A DNA stretch of 64,000 bases from an uncultured virus (IMG/VR IMGVR_UViG_3300037067_013349) (IMGVR_UViG_3300037067_013349), one strand, 5' to 3'; shown: positions 9,678 through 19,151, numbered from the stretch's first letter. Notes: a model not told the origin generated them from the letters alone. Numbers and translations: made by a program.

Positions 9678-9720
9678 TCATCCTTCAAATCCTGTTGGGA
9701 TCTTCTCAATTATCTCACGA
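9678..9720 (-). repeat. Orphan copy of a gene 3' end (REIIEKIPTGFEG*)
   Basis: 9694-9720 = 10410-10436; 9678-9707 = 12546-12575. Confidence 0.9.
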
Positions 9721-9737
9721 AGAAATAGTCGTCATAT

Positions 9738-10373
9738 CTAGCAACGAGTTGAATTAACCAACTTCTTTGCTGCAGCTATTAACACTCGAACAAAGGAAGC
9801 CTGTGCGGTCACAGATCTCGCTTCATCCGGTATTCTGGAATTTAGTTCTACAACCTTTGCCACGATGGCGTTGTTGAGCGCGTGGGATACCGACGCCCTC
9901 ATTGGCTTTCTGGTCGGAGTCGGTATATCTGCGATTGTGAGCCCATCTACGATCGGTATCAGCTTCTCCAATGCTTCATAAAACGTCTTGCTTCCTGTCT
10001 TGGCCGCTAACGTTTTCATGAGTTCGAAGTCGTCGTCATACAGCCGTAAGGTCGTGGATCGCCTATTCTCTATTTTGGCGTTCCTACCATTCTCCCCTTT
10101 GCCACAGATGGGGCACCTTGGTGTTGTGATGATCTGTCCGCTGCAGCAAATAAACGGGGTAGAGGCGGTGCTGACCTCTTCTCTCATCTTCAGCTTCGTT
10201 TTCCGTGGACGGCGGCTGGGCTTCCTTTTGTCACCCACTTTCTTCCATACCGCACTGCGGATCTCCGGCGTTGCCAGATTCATTTGTCGTGTGAAGACGC
10301 AACTGACGCGACCGCTAGGTGTTAAGTAATTCGACGCCAAATAGTCGATAAATGCTAATTCTTGATCTGTCAT
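9738..10373 (-). CDS. Putative DNA-binding protein with Zn-ribbon/RHH-like segments
   Basis: CC..CPIC, basic, TTLRLYDDDFELMK. Confidence 0.55.
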   Translation of the reverse strand: MTDQELAFIDYLASNYLTPSGRVSCVFTRQMNLATPEIRSAVWKKVGDKRKPSRRPRKTKLKMREEVSTASTPFICCSGQIITTPRCPICGKGENGRNAKIENRRSTTLRLYDDDFELMKTLAAKTGSKTFYEALEKLIPIVDGLTIADIPTPTRKPMRASVSHALNNAIVAKVVELNSRIPDEARSVTAQASFVRVLIAAAKKLVNSTRC

Positions 10374-10393
10374 ATCCCCATATGGCTTGAAAG

Positions 10394-11278
10394 TTATTCT
10401 TCGTATCCAGTTGGGATCTTCTCAATTATCTCACGATGGACGATACAACTCTTTCGGTGTCGAATAATCGGAATCGTCCGCCCTTTTCCTGTCCAATACA
10501 GAGCGAAAGGCGATGCTGCTCGAATATGTGGCGAGACTTCGACATTCTTGCCAATGACCCATCCGAACTTTCCACGTTGTTTCGCCTTTTCGATGTATTT
10601 CGGATCTAAAGCGATTTTCCATTTCTCGTAATCGCCAGCAAGCACATCGGGCTGGATGACGTCTGGGTCGTCTTCAAGCAGCGAGCAAACGGCTATTATC
10701 CGCAAAACATTGTTACGCATCGCTATCGACGATCCCACATCGCCCACACACCTTTGTCTATTACCTAAATAAGCTCCCAGCATTTTCCCTGCTACGAATG
10801 GTAGCGTAAAGTATGCCCCATATGGTTCATTGCTGCCCTCTTTCGAGTATTCATACGTTACTAACATCCCGTCGACTGCCTCTGTCGATTCTCGATGCTC
10901 TTTTGTTCTGATCGATCTTATCAGTATGTTGCGGAGTACGATACCGTCAGTCACAATGCTGCCGACCGGTATCTGTATCATCAGCGTTGAACCCGTTGGA
11001 ACCTTCAAGGAACTCAGGTCGACCTTGTCGACATCTAAGCGTAAGAATGGCGTAATAACGCCTGGATACAGCTTGTAATATGGTCTCTTGTCATGCAACC
11101 ATTGATACTCATGCTGTGCTTTTAGTGGATAATACTTAGCATCGTGACCTATTTTGTTTGTTGAGCAATTATGATAAAGATTGGCATAGTATTGTTCCAT
11201 GGTCATTGTGGCAAGCTGGCGGCTAAACTTCCTACGGGCAGCTTGCCACAGTGTTTCATATTCATACCATTTAGCCAT
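10394..11278 (-). CDS. Hypothetical protein, paralog of 12546-13415
   Basis: MAKWYE start, RPYY.LYPG, PH.RAASP.ALYWTGKGRT. Confidence 0.85.
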   Translation of the reverse strand: MAKWYEYETLWQAARRKFSRQLATMTMEQYYANLYHNCSTNKIGHDAKYYPLKAQHEYQWLHDKRPYYKLYPGVITPFLRLDVDKVDLSSLKVPTGSTLMIQIPVGSIVTDGIVLRNILIRSIRTKEHRESTEAVDGMLVTYEYSKEGSNEPYGAYFTLPFVAGKMLGAYLGNRQRCVGDVGSSIAMRNNVLRIIAVCSLLEDDPDVIQPDVLAGDYEKWKIALDPKYIEKAKQRGKFGWVIGKNVEVSPHIRAASPFALYWTGKGRTIPIIRHRKSCIVHREIIEKIPTGYEE

Positions 11279-11296
11279 GATGTCCCTCCTTACCTT

Positions 11297-11325
11297 TTTA
11301 TAGCACGACAAGTATGAGTCTTTAA
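11297..11325 (-). promoter_or_regulatory. Conserved promoter
   Basis: TTAAAG-N17-TATAAA, GTCGTGC. Confidence 0.75.
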
Positions 11326-11341
11326 TTTAAGCGGGCGGGAA

Positions 11342-11370
11342 TTAATGACCGGCTTGCGTCGTGCTATAAT
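11342..11370 (+). promoter_or_regulatory. Conserved promoter
   Basis: TTAATG-N17-TATAAT, GTCGTGC. Confidence 0.8.
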
Positions 11371-11388
11371 ATGTAGGGAGGGACTTGT

Positions 11389-12540
11389 ATGGCTAAACGA
11401 TACAACTGGTTTGCTGGTATGACTCGTGAAGAGATTGAGGCTGCAATCGCCGCCAAGAAGGCTCTCTTGCTACAGATGATCCGTTCTGGCCAGCCACGGC
11501 CACGTAGGTATCAGGGCGACAAGGAAGAGAGGCATCTTGCTAGGTCAATGGAAGGCTATATAACCAAGGGTAGTTCTTCCTATGACTTCTCATTTGATAC
11601 TGCCATTCGTTCTGTTCCATCTGATTGGTTCGATGCCGACAGGTATGAAAGAGGGAACAAAGCACGAGAAGCCGTGTTTAAACTGGCGAGAAGCGGAGGG
11701 CCACGGCCAAAAGAGAAGACTGGCGATCCTTTTACGACAGCAATGTGCAGTCAGGTTCATTGGCACAGAGATGAACTCTCTAAGATACGCCCAGATTGGT
11801 ATGATCCGGACGCGGCTGATAGAGTCACCAAGATAAAGGAGGAGATACTGGCATTAGCACAATCTGGGGCCAAGCGACCAGTTAGACGACGTGCTGGTAG
11901 CCCAGAAATGGAGCGACTTGCTGAGGCTATAGATCGATTCACTGCTCCTTCTCAGCATGCTTATGATGCTGAACTTACCGCTAAATTGAGAGAAATCCGT
12001 CCCGATTGGTTTCGCGACACCAAGCTTGAGCTTGCACAACAACGAGACGATGACGCGAAGAAAATGTTCTTGGAGATGGCCAAGAACGGGAAGGCAAGGC
12101 CACATTATAAGAGACAACGTAAGCTTGCTCGGCTGCTGTCCAGGCTCATTAACGCCGATAAGGAATTCCATCGCCAGATAACCGAAGCTAATCCGGCCTG
12201 GACCGGAAACAGCAGAAATATGAAGAAAGTCTGGGAAAACCGTCCCAAATGGCCTAATAAAGAATATACCTACGCAGGCGAAACGCTGTCTATAAGAGAA
12301 TGGGCAATCAGGCTAGGCTGTAAAGAGAATACGTTATATCAATATCTGCTAAATCATTCCATTGAAGAAGCCGTGAAGCTGTACACACGCAAGAAGCTCA
12401 CTTGCGACGGTGAAACGATGACACGCACTCAATGGGCTGAAAAACTCGGAATTACAGTTTCTAGTCTGACCGGCAGACTTAAGTCTTATTCACCAGAAAT
12501 AGCACTATCGCCAGAGAATTGGGAGAATCGTAATAAGTGA
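11389..12540 (+). CDS. Repeat protein: four SG.RP..PDW repeats plus two HTH-like modules
   Basis: Internal repeats visible; YTYAGETLSIREWA and LTCDGETMTRTQWA. Confidence 0.8.
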   Translation: MAKRYNWFAGMTREEIEAAIAAKKALLLQMIRSGQPRPRRYQGDKEERHLARSMEGYITKGSSSYDFSFDTAIRSVPSDWFDADRYERGNKAREAVFKLARSGGPRPKEKTGDPFTTAMCSQVHWHRDELSKIRPDWYDPDAADRVTKIKEEILALAQSGAKRPVRRRAGSPEMERLAEAIDRFTAPSQHAYDAELTAKLREIRPDWFRDTKLELAQQRDDDAKKMFLEMAKNGKARPHYKRQRKLARLLSRLINADKEFHRQITEANPAWTGNSRNMKKVWENRPKWPNKEYTYAGETLSIREWAIRLGCKENTLYQYLLNHSIEEAVKLYTRKKLTCDGETMTRTQWAEKLGITVSSLTGRLKSYSPEIALSPENWENRNK

Positions 12541-12545
12541 AAAAA

Positions 12546-13415
12546 TCATCCTTCAAATCCTGTTGGGATCTTCTCTACCAATTCCCGATGGACGATGCAG
12601 CCCTTACGGTATCTGATAATTGGTACCGTTCTTCCTTTTCCGGTCCAATATAAGGCGAGCGGCGATGCTGCCCGCATGTGTGGTGCAACCTCGATATCCT
12701 TGCCGATAACCCACCCAAACTTACCACGACGCTTCGCTTTCTCCACATACTTCGGATCTAACTCTATTTTCCATTTTTCGTAGTCCTTACTTAGGACGTC
12801 CGGTTGAATGATCTGTGGATCGTCGCCCAAGAGCATGCAAACGGCAGCAATTTTCAAAGCTGCGTCTTGCAATTCGACTGGAATGGCCATTCCTCCATTA
12901 ACTGTCTTCGAGCCGCCTAGCATGGTACCTAACATCCTGCCAGATTTAAATGGCAACGCGAAACTTGCGGTAAAGATGTTTTGATGATCGTCGTCGCTTA
13001 CACCCACCTTCGAATATTCCAGCATCGCATAGAAGCCGGTTTGGTCGTTTTCCGCTATTCTCCACAGAAGGATGTTTCGTAATGCCGTATCATTCGACAC
13101 GATACTATTGACAGGCAGTTGCACCATTAGCGTCGATACCGGCATCTTCAAAACGCCAGTATCGACTTTATTCAGGTCCAGCTTTAAGAATGGAATTATT
13201 ATTCCTGGATATAGCCGATAATAGGGTCTTCCAGCTTTCATCCACAAAAACTCACAGCGGATCTCCGTCTTGGTATCGTAATCGCCTTTCTTTTGCATCT
13301 TTGCCATTGCGTTGTATAGGCCCAGATAACACGAATCAATGTCTTTGAAAGGCTTCGCACCTTGTCGAGACTTATATGTCGACCACAGACTTCGAAACTC
13401 ATACCATTTAGCCAT
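12546..13415 (-). CDS. Hypothetical protein, paralog of 10394-11278
   Basis: Near-identical C-terminal ~80 aa. Confidence 0.85.
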   Translation of the reverse strand: MAKWYEFRSLWSTYKSRQGAKPFKDIDSCYLGLYNAMAKMQKKGDYDTKTEIRCEFLWMKAGRPYYRLYPGIIIPFLKLDLNKVDTGVLKMPVSTLMVQLPVNSIVSNDTALRNILLWRIAENDQTGFYAMLEYSKVGVSDDDHQNIFTASFALPFKSGRMLGTMLGGSKTVNGGMAIPVELQDAALKIAAVCMLLGDDPQIIQPDVLSKDYEKWKIELDPKYVEKAKRRGKFGWVIGKDIEVAPHMRAASPLALYWTGKGRTVPIIRYRKGCIVHRELVEKIPTGFEG

Positions 13416-13433
13416 AATTTCCTCCTATACCTA

Positions 13434-13462
13434 TTTATAGCACGACGGTAGGAAATTATTAA
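13434..13462 (-). promoter_or_regulatory. Conserved promoter
   Basis: TTAATA-N17-TATAAA, GTCGTGC. Confidence 0.8.
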
Positions 13463-13474
13463 CCTAGACCATAT

Positions 13475-13526
13475 CACGATTTTTTCGTGATATATTGAAA
13501 AGAAGCATATTATTTCTCGTGCTATA
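13475..13526 (+). repeat. 52-bp direct repeat, copy 1
   Basis: Identical to 15149-15200. Confidence 0.95.
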
Positions 13527-13549
13527 AAACAAGAAGCACGATATGACTA

Positions 13550-15031
13550 TTATGGACGGCTTGTCTGGATAGCCTCATTCATTTTCTCGCGTTTTAACAC
13601 GCGTTTTAACATCTGCTCACCTTCTGGCCACGGCTCCTTTATACCATCTAAGTAGTCTTGTAGAGCCCAGCGATGTTCTCTGGCATGCTGTAATAGTATC
13701 GGTTCAGCTTCGGGCCATCTCCCCTTGATTACTTGCGTAGCATACGATTTGACGCTTCTAGGATCGCCCTCTTTAATTATCGCCGTTTCTGCTGGTCGCC
13801 ACCGCTTCTTTAGGGCATCTCTTGCATAGAAAAAAGCACTAGTAGGATCTTTAGCTATTATTTTCTCTGCCTCTGGCCATGGTCCCTTTATCACCTCAAC
13901 CGCATAATCTTTCGCCCATCTATCTCGTTCTTTGTCGTCCAATTTTAATATCGCGGCTTCACCTTCTGGCCACCGTCCTTTGATGATGTTTTTTGCATAA
14001 TTTGTGATTACCCACGGTTTTCCACTTTGCAAAATGATTTCTTCACCTTCTGGCCACCGTCCTTTTACTGTTAGTAGGGCATAATTATATGCGTTTTCAG
14101 GTGACTCAAATTGAACTTGTTCGCCTTTTTGTGCTCTACGCCTGACAGAGGCATCGACATGAAACATCATATCTTCAATCGTGTCTTCTCCCTCGTCTTC
14201 ATTTTGCTTCTGTGCAAACAACTTCTTTTTGTTAACCTTCTTAGGCAGTATTATATCGAGCCCTAGCTCTTTTCTTCTTATTTTGTTTATGGTTCTCCTA
14301 ATATAATCATCGACGTATATCCAATATTCTGATGGATCAGAAGCGTTGAACTTGGCATTAACAGCATCTACGGACTTTTTGAAATCGCTTGCCGTATATT
14401 TCAGCATTAAAGAGCAATGGTGCATCATTTGCACCATTTTATCAATGGCGTGAGCAAATTCAGGTGGCGTTCGTGGCTTGCTTTCTCTTATATCGTCCAA
14501 TAAATGGAGATTATTATACCATATCCCTCTTGGGCTTGTTGTGCCGCCTAAATTATCAAAGTCGAATAAATTTTCTATATGGTCAACCGACAACAGCGGT
14601 AATGCGTTATCCAGTTGATCCGCGAATTTATTCATGTTGCGTTCTTTAATAATGAACTTTCCATCTATTTCCTTCACTACTGGTAAGCTTTTTGCTACCT
14701 CAAATATTATTTTCCACGTTTTCGGCGACCCACCTTGTTCTACCCATTTATCTAGATCGACTAACGTCCATAGATTGTTTGGATTCGTCCATGGTTGGAG
14801 GGGTGCTTCTATTATCACATTGCCTACTACACGCCCCTGGACGGCTCTCCATGATTGTTCCATTAATTTATAATATAGCTCCTTGAACAACCATGTAAAT
14901 TGCCACCATTCTTTTCGTGGAAGACTGCCTATAACGGCATAAAAGTCGTAGATGTCTGAAGAGTTGATCTTTCCCTCAACGATCAGCCTCTGAAACCTAA
15001 TTATACCATCACAGAGCAGTGACAATCTCAT
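13550..15031 (-). CDS. Hypothetical protein with C-terminal YA..VIKGRWPE.E helical repeats
   Basis: About six repeats; MRLSLLCD start. Confidence 0.8.
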   Translation of the reverse strand: MRLSLLCDGIIRFQRLIVEGKINSSDIYDFYAVIGSLPRKEWWQFTWLFKELYYKLMEQSWRAVQGRVVGNVIIEAPLQPWTNPNNLWTLVDLDKWVEQGGSPKTWKIIFEVAKSLPVVKEIDGKFIIKERNMNKFADQLDNALPLLSVDHIENLFDFDNLGGTTSPRGIWYNNLHLLDDIRESKPRTPPEFAHAIDKMVQMMHHCSLMLKYTASDFKKSVDAVNAKFNASDPSEYWIYVDDYIRRTINKIRRKELGLDIILPKKVNKKKLFAQKQNEDEGEDTIEDMMFHVDASVRRRAQKGEQVQFESPENAYNYALLTVKGRWPEGEEIILQSGKPWVITNYAKNIIKGRWPEGEAAILKLDDKERDRWAKDYAVEVIKGPWPEAEKIIAKDPTSAFFYARDALKKRWRPAETAIIKEGDPRSVKSYATQVIKGRWPEAEPILLQHAREHRWALQDYLDGIKEPWPEGEQMLKRVLKREKMNEAIQTSRP

Positions 15032-15148
15032 ACCTTACCTCTGTAAATCTTCCTCTACCATCAAAATGTGAAGCCTAACATTAACTTTGGTAAAAGCTCC
15101 TGCCATTTTATTCTATTACGGAGATACCCCTGGTCTCTAGGGCCATAC

Positions 15149-15200
15149 CACGATTTTTTCGTGATATATTGAAAAGAAGCATATTATTTCTCGTGCTATA
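15149..15200 (+). repeat. 52-bp direct repeat, copy 2
   Basis: Identical to 13475-13526. Confidence 0.95.
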
Positions 15201-15261
15201 TGTCATATCCCCAGAACTAAAAACGGCGTATTTTAATATGGTCTCCAACCCAAGGTTAGTT

Positions 15262-15654
15262 ATGAAACTCAGTAAAAAAGAAATTCAGTTTCTCAATGGC
15301 AAAGTCGGCTCTAAGTCAATGCCGGATACAACACGGCAATGTGCTCTCATCAATAAGATGACTACAACTCCACGCCCAACGAAGCCGTCAATGTCCATTT
15401 ATGACATGGCATTGCTTGGCAAGAAGCTCCACGATAGAGAACCAGCCGCATTAATTAAGGCTGTGGAGAATACTTGGCCATGCTTCTTTGATTATCTTGA
15501 GGATGGGCTCAATGAGGTAGGAGCCGCCAAAAAGAAGGCTGCATTTATTAGCCGATTCATCACTTATCATTTTCACCACGGCGTTTCCAGGTATGAAAAG
15601 CCCAAATTGCGTAAGAAACGCAAGACACAATGCGAATTAGCCACAATTGACTAG
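15262..15654 (+). CDS. Hypothetical protein
   Basis: ORF; start uncertain. Confidence 0.55.
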   Translation: MKLSKKEIQFLNGKVGSKSMPDTTRQCALINKMTTTPRPTKPSMSIYDMALLGKKLHDREPAALIKAVENTWPCFFDYLEDGLNEVGAAKKKAAFISRFITYHFHHGVSRYEKPKLRKKRKTQCELATID

Positions 15655-15659
15655 ATAAT

Positions 15660-16157
15660 CTAATCTATTCTCCATCCGTCCATTGCCATCTCGAAAGCGG
15701 TCTGATATGTCCGTGTTTCTATTGGGGATGCTTCGTTCGTTCTCGATCGAATAATATAGCATCCCCCCTCCTCTTTGAACATGATCATCCCGTAGCCTTT
15801 TTCGCCTTTGACGAAGGAATAGTCGTCTGTTGGTAGTGACCTATTACCGCTCAGATAAGCAACAACCTCTATGAAATCGTTCAATTGTACAGCGATGCCG
15901 TAAAATCCCTCGCATTCGTCTATGTATTGATCCACCATCGGCTGTAGTTGCGGGTACTGTCGCAAGACGGCATTACCGATTTGCCGATCGATTTCTTTGC
16001 CATCATAGCAGCCTTTACAAGGTCCTTCCTTGATGCGAATTTTCTCTACTTCTTGCGAGCAGATCATCTTCGCAGCTTGATGACATCCTGCTATATCCAA
16101 TGTGCAGTTGAGCAGCCGCAATAACTCGCCGATGACTTGTGGGTATGAGATGTTCAT
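15660..16157 (-). CDS. Hypothetical protein
   Basis: ORF downstream of promoter. Confidence 0.7.
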   Translation of the reverse strand: MNISYPQVIGELLRLLNCTLDIAGCHQAAKMICSQEVEKIRIKEGPCKGCYDGKEIDRQIGNAVLRQYPQLQPMVDQYIDECEGFYGIAVQLNDFIEVVAYLSGNRSLPTDDYSFVKGEKGYGMIMFKEEGGCYIIRSRTNEASPIETRTYQTAFEMAMDGWRID

Positions 16158-16167
16158 ATGTCAATTC

Positions 16168-16196
16168 CTTATAGCATGAAGCTCGATCAATATTAA
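16168..16196 (-). promoter_or_regulatory. Conserved promoter
   Basis: TTAATA-N17-TATAAG, TCATGC. Confidence 0.7.
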
Positions 16197-16208
16197 TTTA
16201 GATAAGGA

Positions 16209-17522
16209 TTATTTGCGACTGGTCTCTTTTATTCGGGCATAGACTCTGCCAATGGAGCATTTCCACTTCGCGGCCCATTCCTTTACTGTGTGCGTTTCGC
16301 CATCGAACGTATATTTCTTCTTAGTATGTTCCTTGAACCTGTCTTCGTTCAATGCTATTTCCACTGGGTATGATCGCAACCGCATATATAAACACGCAGT
16401 AGATTTCCCAAGCTTCCTAGCCCATTCGAACACCGTCATGGTCTCGCCGTCACACGTATAAACAGCATATTGTTTGCTCTTACGGCTTAATGCTGTTTCC
16501 GGTGATTCCGTTTCCAGACGCTTTCTTAGTGCTCTTACGCAAATTTTCAACAGCTTTGCCCACTCTTTGATTGTATGCGTCTCACCAGCACATGTATAGG
16601 TCTCCGTATCGGGCCTAACCACAGTGGTTTTAGATTTTGGAGTGGTTTTAGACTTGGGTTTTTGGCTGCGGCTCATCCATCCCACGTTTCCGCCGACCAA
16701 CAATATCTCGCTCGGATCGGTTATTCCGTTTTTGATTCTCCTTGCTATCGTCTGGTATGGCAATCCTAGTTCTACGCTCCATTTGAGCAGCGATTGTGTT
16801 TTGCCATTATGGGTGATCTTTTTAGGTGGATTCGGCTTTTTAAATAATTCCACCGGGTTTGTGATTCCATTCTTCAGCCTTAAACGCACTGTTCCTTCTA
16901 CCAAGCCAAATTCCACACACCATTCTGTAATCGACTGTTTCTTGCCGTTGTATTCAATCAGATGAGCACCGAAACGTGGCTGATATGATTTGGGGTTTAG
17001 AATTTCGCATGGCCGTAACCCACGGCAATAACGCCAATATATCGCCGTGGCTGGCATATTAATCTTACAGGCCCATTCCGATATCGTGTGCGTTTCCCCA
17101 TTGTGTGTTATTGTGATTGGCTCTTCTCTGCCCGGTGCCAATAGTTTACTGGCATCTGTGATACCTGCTTCTAGTCGTGTCCTTATTGTGATTGGCGTTA
17201 TTTTAAGTTCTTTGGCCCACTTCCAGATTGATTGGGTTCTTCCTTGGTATGTAATCTTCAAAGCATTTGCGGTAGAAGAATTTTGCGACCGTTTTGCTCG
17301 CCAAATGACTCTTGTTCGTATAGCAGATTCCGTTGCACCAACGCTTTTTGCCCGTTCCTTTACTGTTTTGGCCTCTCCATCGCATGTGCGTTTTTCTGGA
17401 GCGATGGGCAATCCGTTTTTAATCCGCAGGTAGATTAGTGCGGTACTGATGTTCAACTCATCAGACCATTGCCTGACGGTCTGAGTTTTTCCGTTATGCG
17501 TCACCAATATTTGAGATTTCAT
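16209..17522 (-). CDS. Tandem array of nine HTH-like DNA-binding modules
   Basis: [IY]T.[ND]G[KE]T.[TS]..[EK]WA..L repeats of the type seen after HNH homing-endonuclease domains; no nuclease motif. Confidence 0.75.
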   Translation of the reverse strand: MKSQILVTHNGKTQTVRQWSDELNISTALIYLRIKNGLPIAPEKRTCDGEAKTVKERAKSVGATESAIRTRVIWRAKRSQNSSTANALKITYQGRTQSIWKWAKELKITPITIRTRLEAGITDASKLLAPGREEPITITHNGETHTISEWACKINMPATAIYWRYCRGLRPCEILNPKSYQPRFGAHLIEYNGKKQSITEWCVEFGLVEGTVRLRLKNGITNPVELFKKPNPPKKITHNGKTQSLLKWSVELGLPYQTIARRIKNGITDPSEILLVGGNVGWMSRSQKPKSKTTPKSKTTVVRPDTETYTCAGETHTIKEWAKLLKICVRALRKRLETESPETALSRKSKQYAVYTCDGETMTVFEWARKLGKSTACLYMRLRSYPVEIALNEDRFKEHTKKKYTFDGETHTVKEWAAKWKCSIGRVYARIKETSRK

Positions 17523-17527
17523 ACCTA

Positions 17528-17556
17528 TTTATAGCATGATGAGCGATTAATATTAA
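17528..17556 (-). promoter_or_regulatory. Conserved promoter
   Basis: TTAATA-N17-TATAAA, TCATGC. Confidence 0.75.
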
Positions 17557-17560
17557 CCAA

Positions 17561-17642
17561 CGGGTCCTCCTAACGTTGATCAATCATGTCTTGTGAAAAG
17601 AATAGTCCTCCTGATACGGGTCCTCCTGATACGGGTCCTCCT
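17561..17642. repeat. GTCCTCCT repeats (15-bp tandem unit)
   Basis: GTCCTCCTGATACGG x2.5 at 17605-17642 plus CGGGTCCTCCT at 17561. Confidence 0.85.
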
Positions 17643-17913
17643 CTTCATATATAGCCTCGTACATATGCGGAAAATATATTCTTGCCAGAGAGCGACCCGA
17701 CCCCCATTGACAGCATAATGGTACTTTTGGGGCATAGTTACCTATACTCCCCCTATAGAGTGGTAGGGGATTCGGTATATAGAAATACTAGGGATGGGGC
17801 AGGGAGAAACAGCGGGAGAATATGCCCCGGTCAAGAGCGACCGGGGCAAGATACGAAACGAACGCAATCGGCAGAGAAGCCGAGAGAACTAGTCAGCGAC
17901 GGATCACCCCAAA

Positions 17914-18270
17914 TCACGCATGCAGCAGATAATCCTCCAGGGCGGACTCCAATTCGGCCCGCATATCAAAACCCCAATCCGCCAAAATCCGGGCAGACGC
18001 CACCTCAAACCGGGGATCGGCAAGGATCAGACGCAACCGGTCGACGCTCTCATCCCCCCAATTCAGGCCGGGGTAGAAATCGTACAACCATTCCTCAATC
18101 CCATCATAACAATCCGCAAGACCATTCGCCGCGACGTCCTCCAGGTGCAGCAAATTAAACTCGACCGAATTCGCAACCGAATCATGCGGCCCACGGGTCG
18201 CCGCGATCTCCAACCAGGAGGCATGAAGAGCACGGGAAGCAGCAACGTCACGAGCATGAAAACGAGACAT
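17914..18270 (-). CDS. Hypothetical acidic protein
   Basis: GGAGG RBS, own promoter. Confidence 0.7.
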   Translation of the reverse strand: MSRFHARDVAASRALHASWLEIAATRGPHDSVANSVEFNLLHLEDVAANGLADCYDGIEEWLYDFYPGLNWGDESVDRLRLILADPRFEVASARILADWGFDMRAELESALEDYLLHA

Positions 18271-18319
18271 AGTAAACCTCCGAAAAACCAGGTACCGGAC
18301 GACCCCCGCCCGGTACCCA

Positions 18320-18348
18320 ATTATAGCACGAAGTCCGGTGAATATTAA
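18320..18348 (-). promoter_or_regulatory. Conserved promoter
   Basis: TTAATA-N17-TATAAT, TTCGTGC. Confidence 0.85.
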
Positions 18349-18353
18349 CTCGG

Positions 18354-18533
18354 CTAGCAAGTGCACTTCGGCAATCGAGTAATCCGAATCGGCCCAATAT
18401 CCACCACACTGCCTCGAATCTGGACAGGTCGGAATCGCCACCCGATGGGCTTAGACGGATGGCATTGGCCGTCCTTATAGACCCATCTACCAAACGTCGT
18501 CCGCCATCCCGTCCACAGCCACTCAAGTCTCAT
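18354..18533 (-). CDS. Hypothetical protein (59 aa, not in track)
   Basis: AGGAG RBS, MRLEWLWTGW... Confidence 0.55.
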   Translation of the reverse strand: MRLEWLWTGWRTTFGRWVYKDGQCHPSKPIGWRFRPVQIRGSVVDIGPIRITRLPKCTC

Positions 18534-18645
18534 CGGTATGCTCCTATTAAAAGCGGACGCCCTATTCGCCGAAAACGTCTTCGGGCACGGATTCTACTGA
18601 TGCTATCGCAATCGGATTCCCCGGATTCGCTTTGTCCGCCGTATG

Positions 18646-18674
18646 GTTATAGCACGACGCTCCCGCAATATTAA
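18646..18674 (-). promoter_or_regulatory. Conserved promoter
   Basis: TTAATA-N17-TATAAC, GTCGTGC. Confidence 0.8.
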
Positions 18675-18684
18675 CCCGCTCGTT

Positions 18685-18948
18685 TTACCGCACTTGATCG
18701 GCTGGTATCCAACCGCCGCAAACCACGTCGGGTTCACCGTCTCCGATGAACGTAATACGCACACGCATATAGTAATCGCCTAAGCGGCGTCTTAACACTC
18801 TGCCGACTAGCTCGACGTTGCAGGCTAATCGAGTGATGATCGGATTGTTGGTTTTGAGATAAAACGGACAGAACCCCGGTAGTCCAGCTTCCAAGACGTT
18901 CCCGATTTTCCATCCATCCGGTTGGATGTGGCTGCCTACCTGGATCAT
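18685..18948 (-). CDS. Hypothetical protein
   Basis: GAGGAGG RBS. Confidence 0.7.
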   Translation of the reverse strand: MIQVGSHIQPDGWKIGNVLEAGLPGFCPFYLKTNNPIITRLACNVELVGRVLRRRLGDYYMRVRITFIGDGEPDVVCGGWIPADQVR

Positions 18949-19088
18949 TCGTCGTCCTCCTCAATAATCATCTCGGCATCCTCAATCTGCATAGCATCGG
19001 CTAGGGCGATCACGTCGGTTTCTGTGTAATCGCCCTTCTGCTCTAGCTCCATTTCAGCTTGTTCTAAGTAGTACTCGCGGTCTGTCAC
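18945..19088 (-). CDS. Very acidic 47-aa protein (not in track)
   Basis: GTG start after CACACAGGGAG leader; 18 D/E. Confidence 0.7.
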   Translation of the reverse strand: MTDREYYLEQAEMELEQKGDYTETDVIALADAMQIEDAEMIIEEDDE

Positions 19089-19122
19089 TTTCACTCTCCC
19101 TGTGTGCTTTCCCTCTACCCCA

Positions 19123-19151
19123 TTTATAGCACGACGGGGCCGATGCGTTAA
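19123..19151 (-). promoter_or_regulatory. Conserved promoter
   Basis: TTAACG-N17-TATAAA, GTCGTGC. Confidence 0.8.

Noticed and set aside
9678..12575. Duplicated 3' ends as DGR template/variable repeats
   Set aside because: No reverse transcriptase in the window, the repeat is short, and differences are not adenine-specific.
10368..15213. 13-nt match TGTCATATCCCCA at 10368 and 15201
   Set aside because: Too short; such matches are expected by chance in 64 kb, although both lie near repeat junctions.
17682..18348. Plus-strand ORFs of 158 and 142 aa
   Set aside because: No RBS or promoter; they overlap a minus-strand gene that has both.
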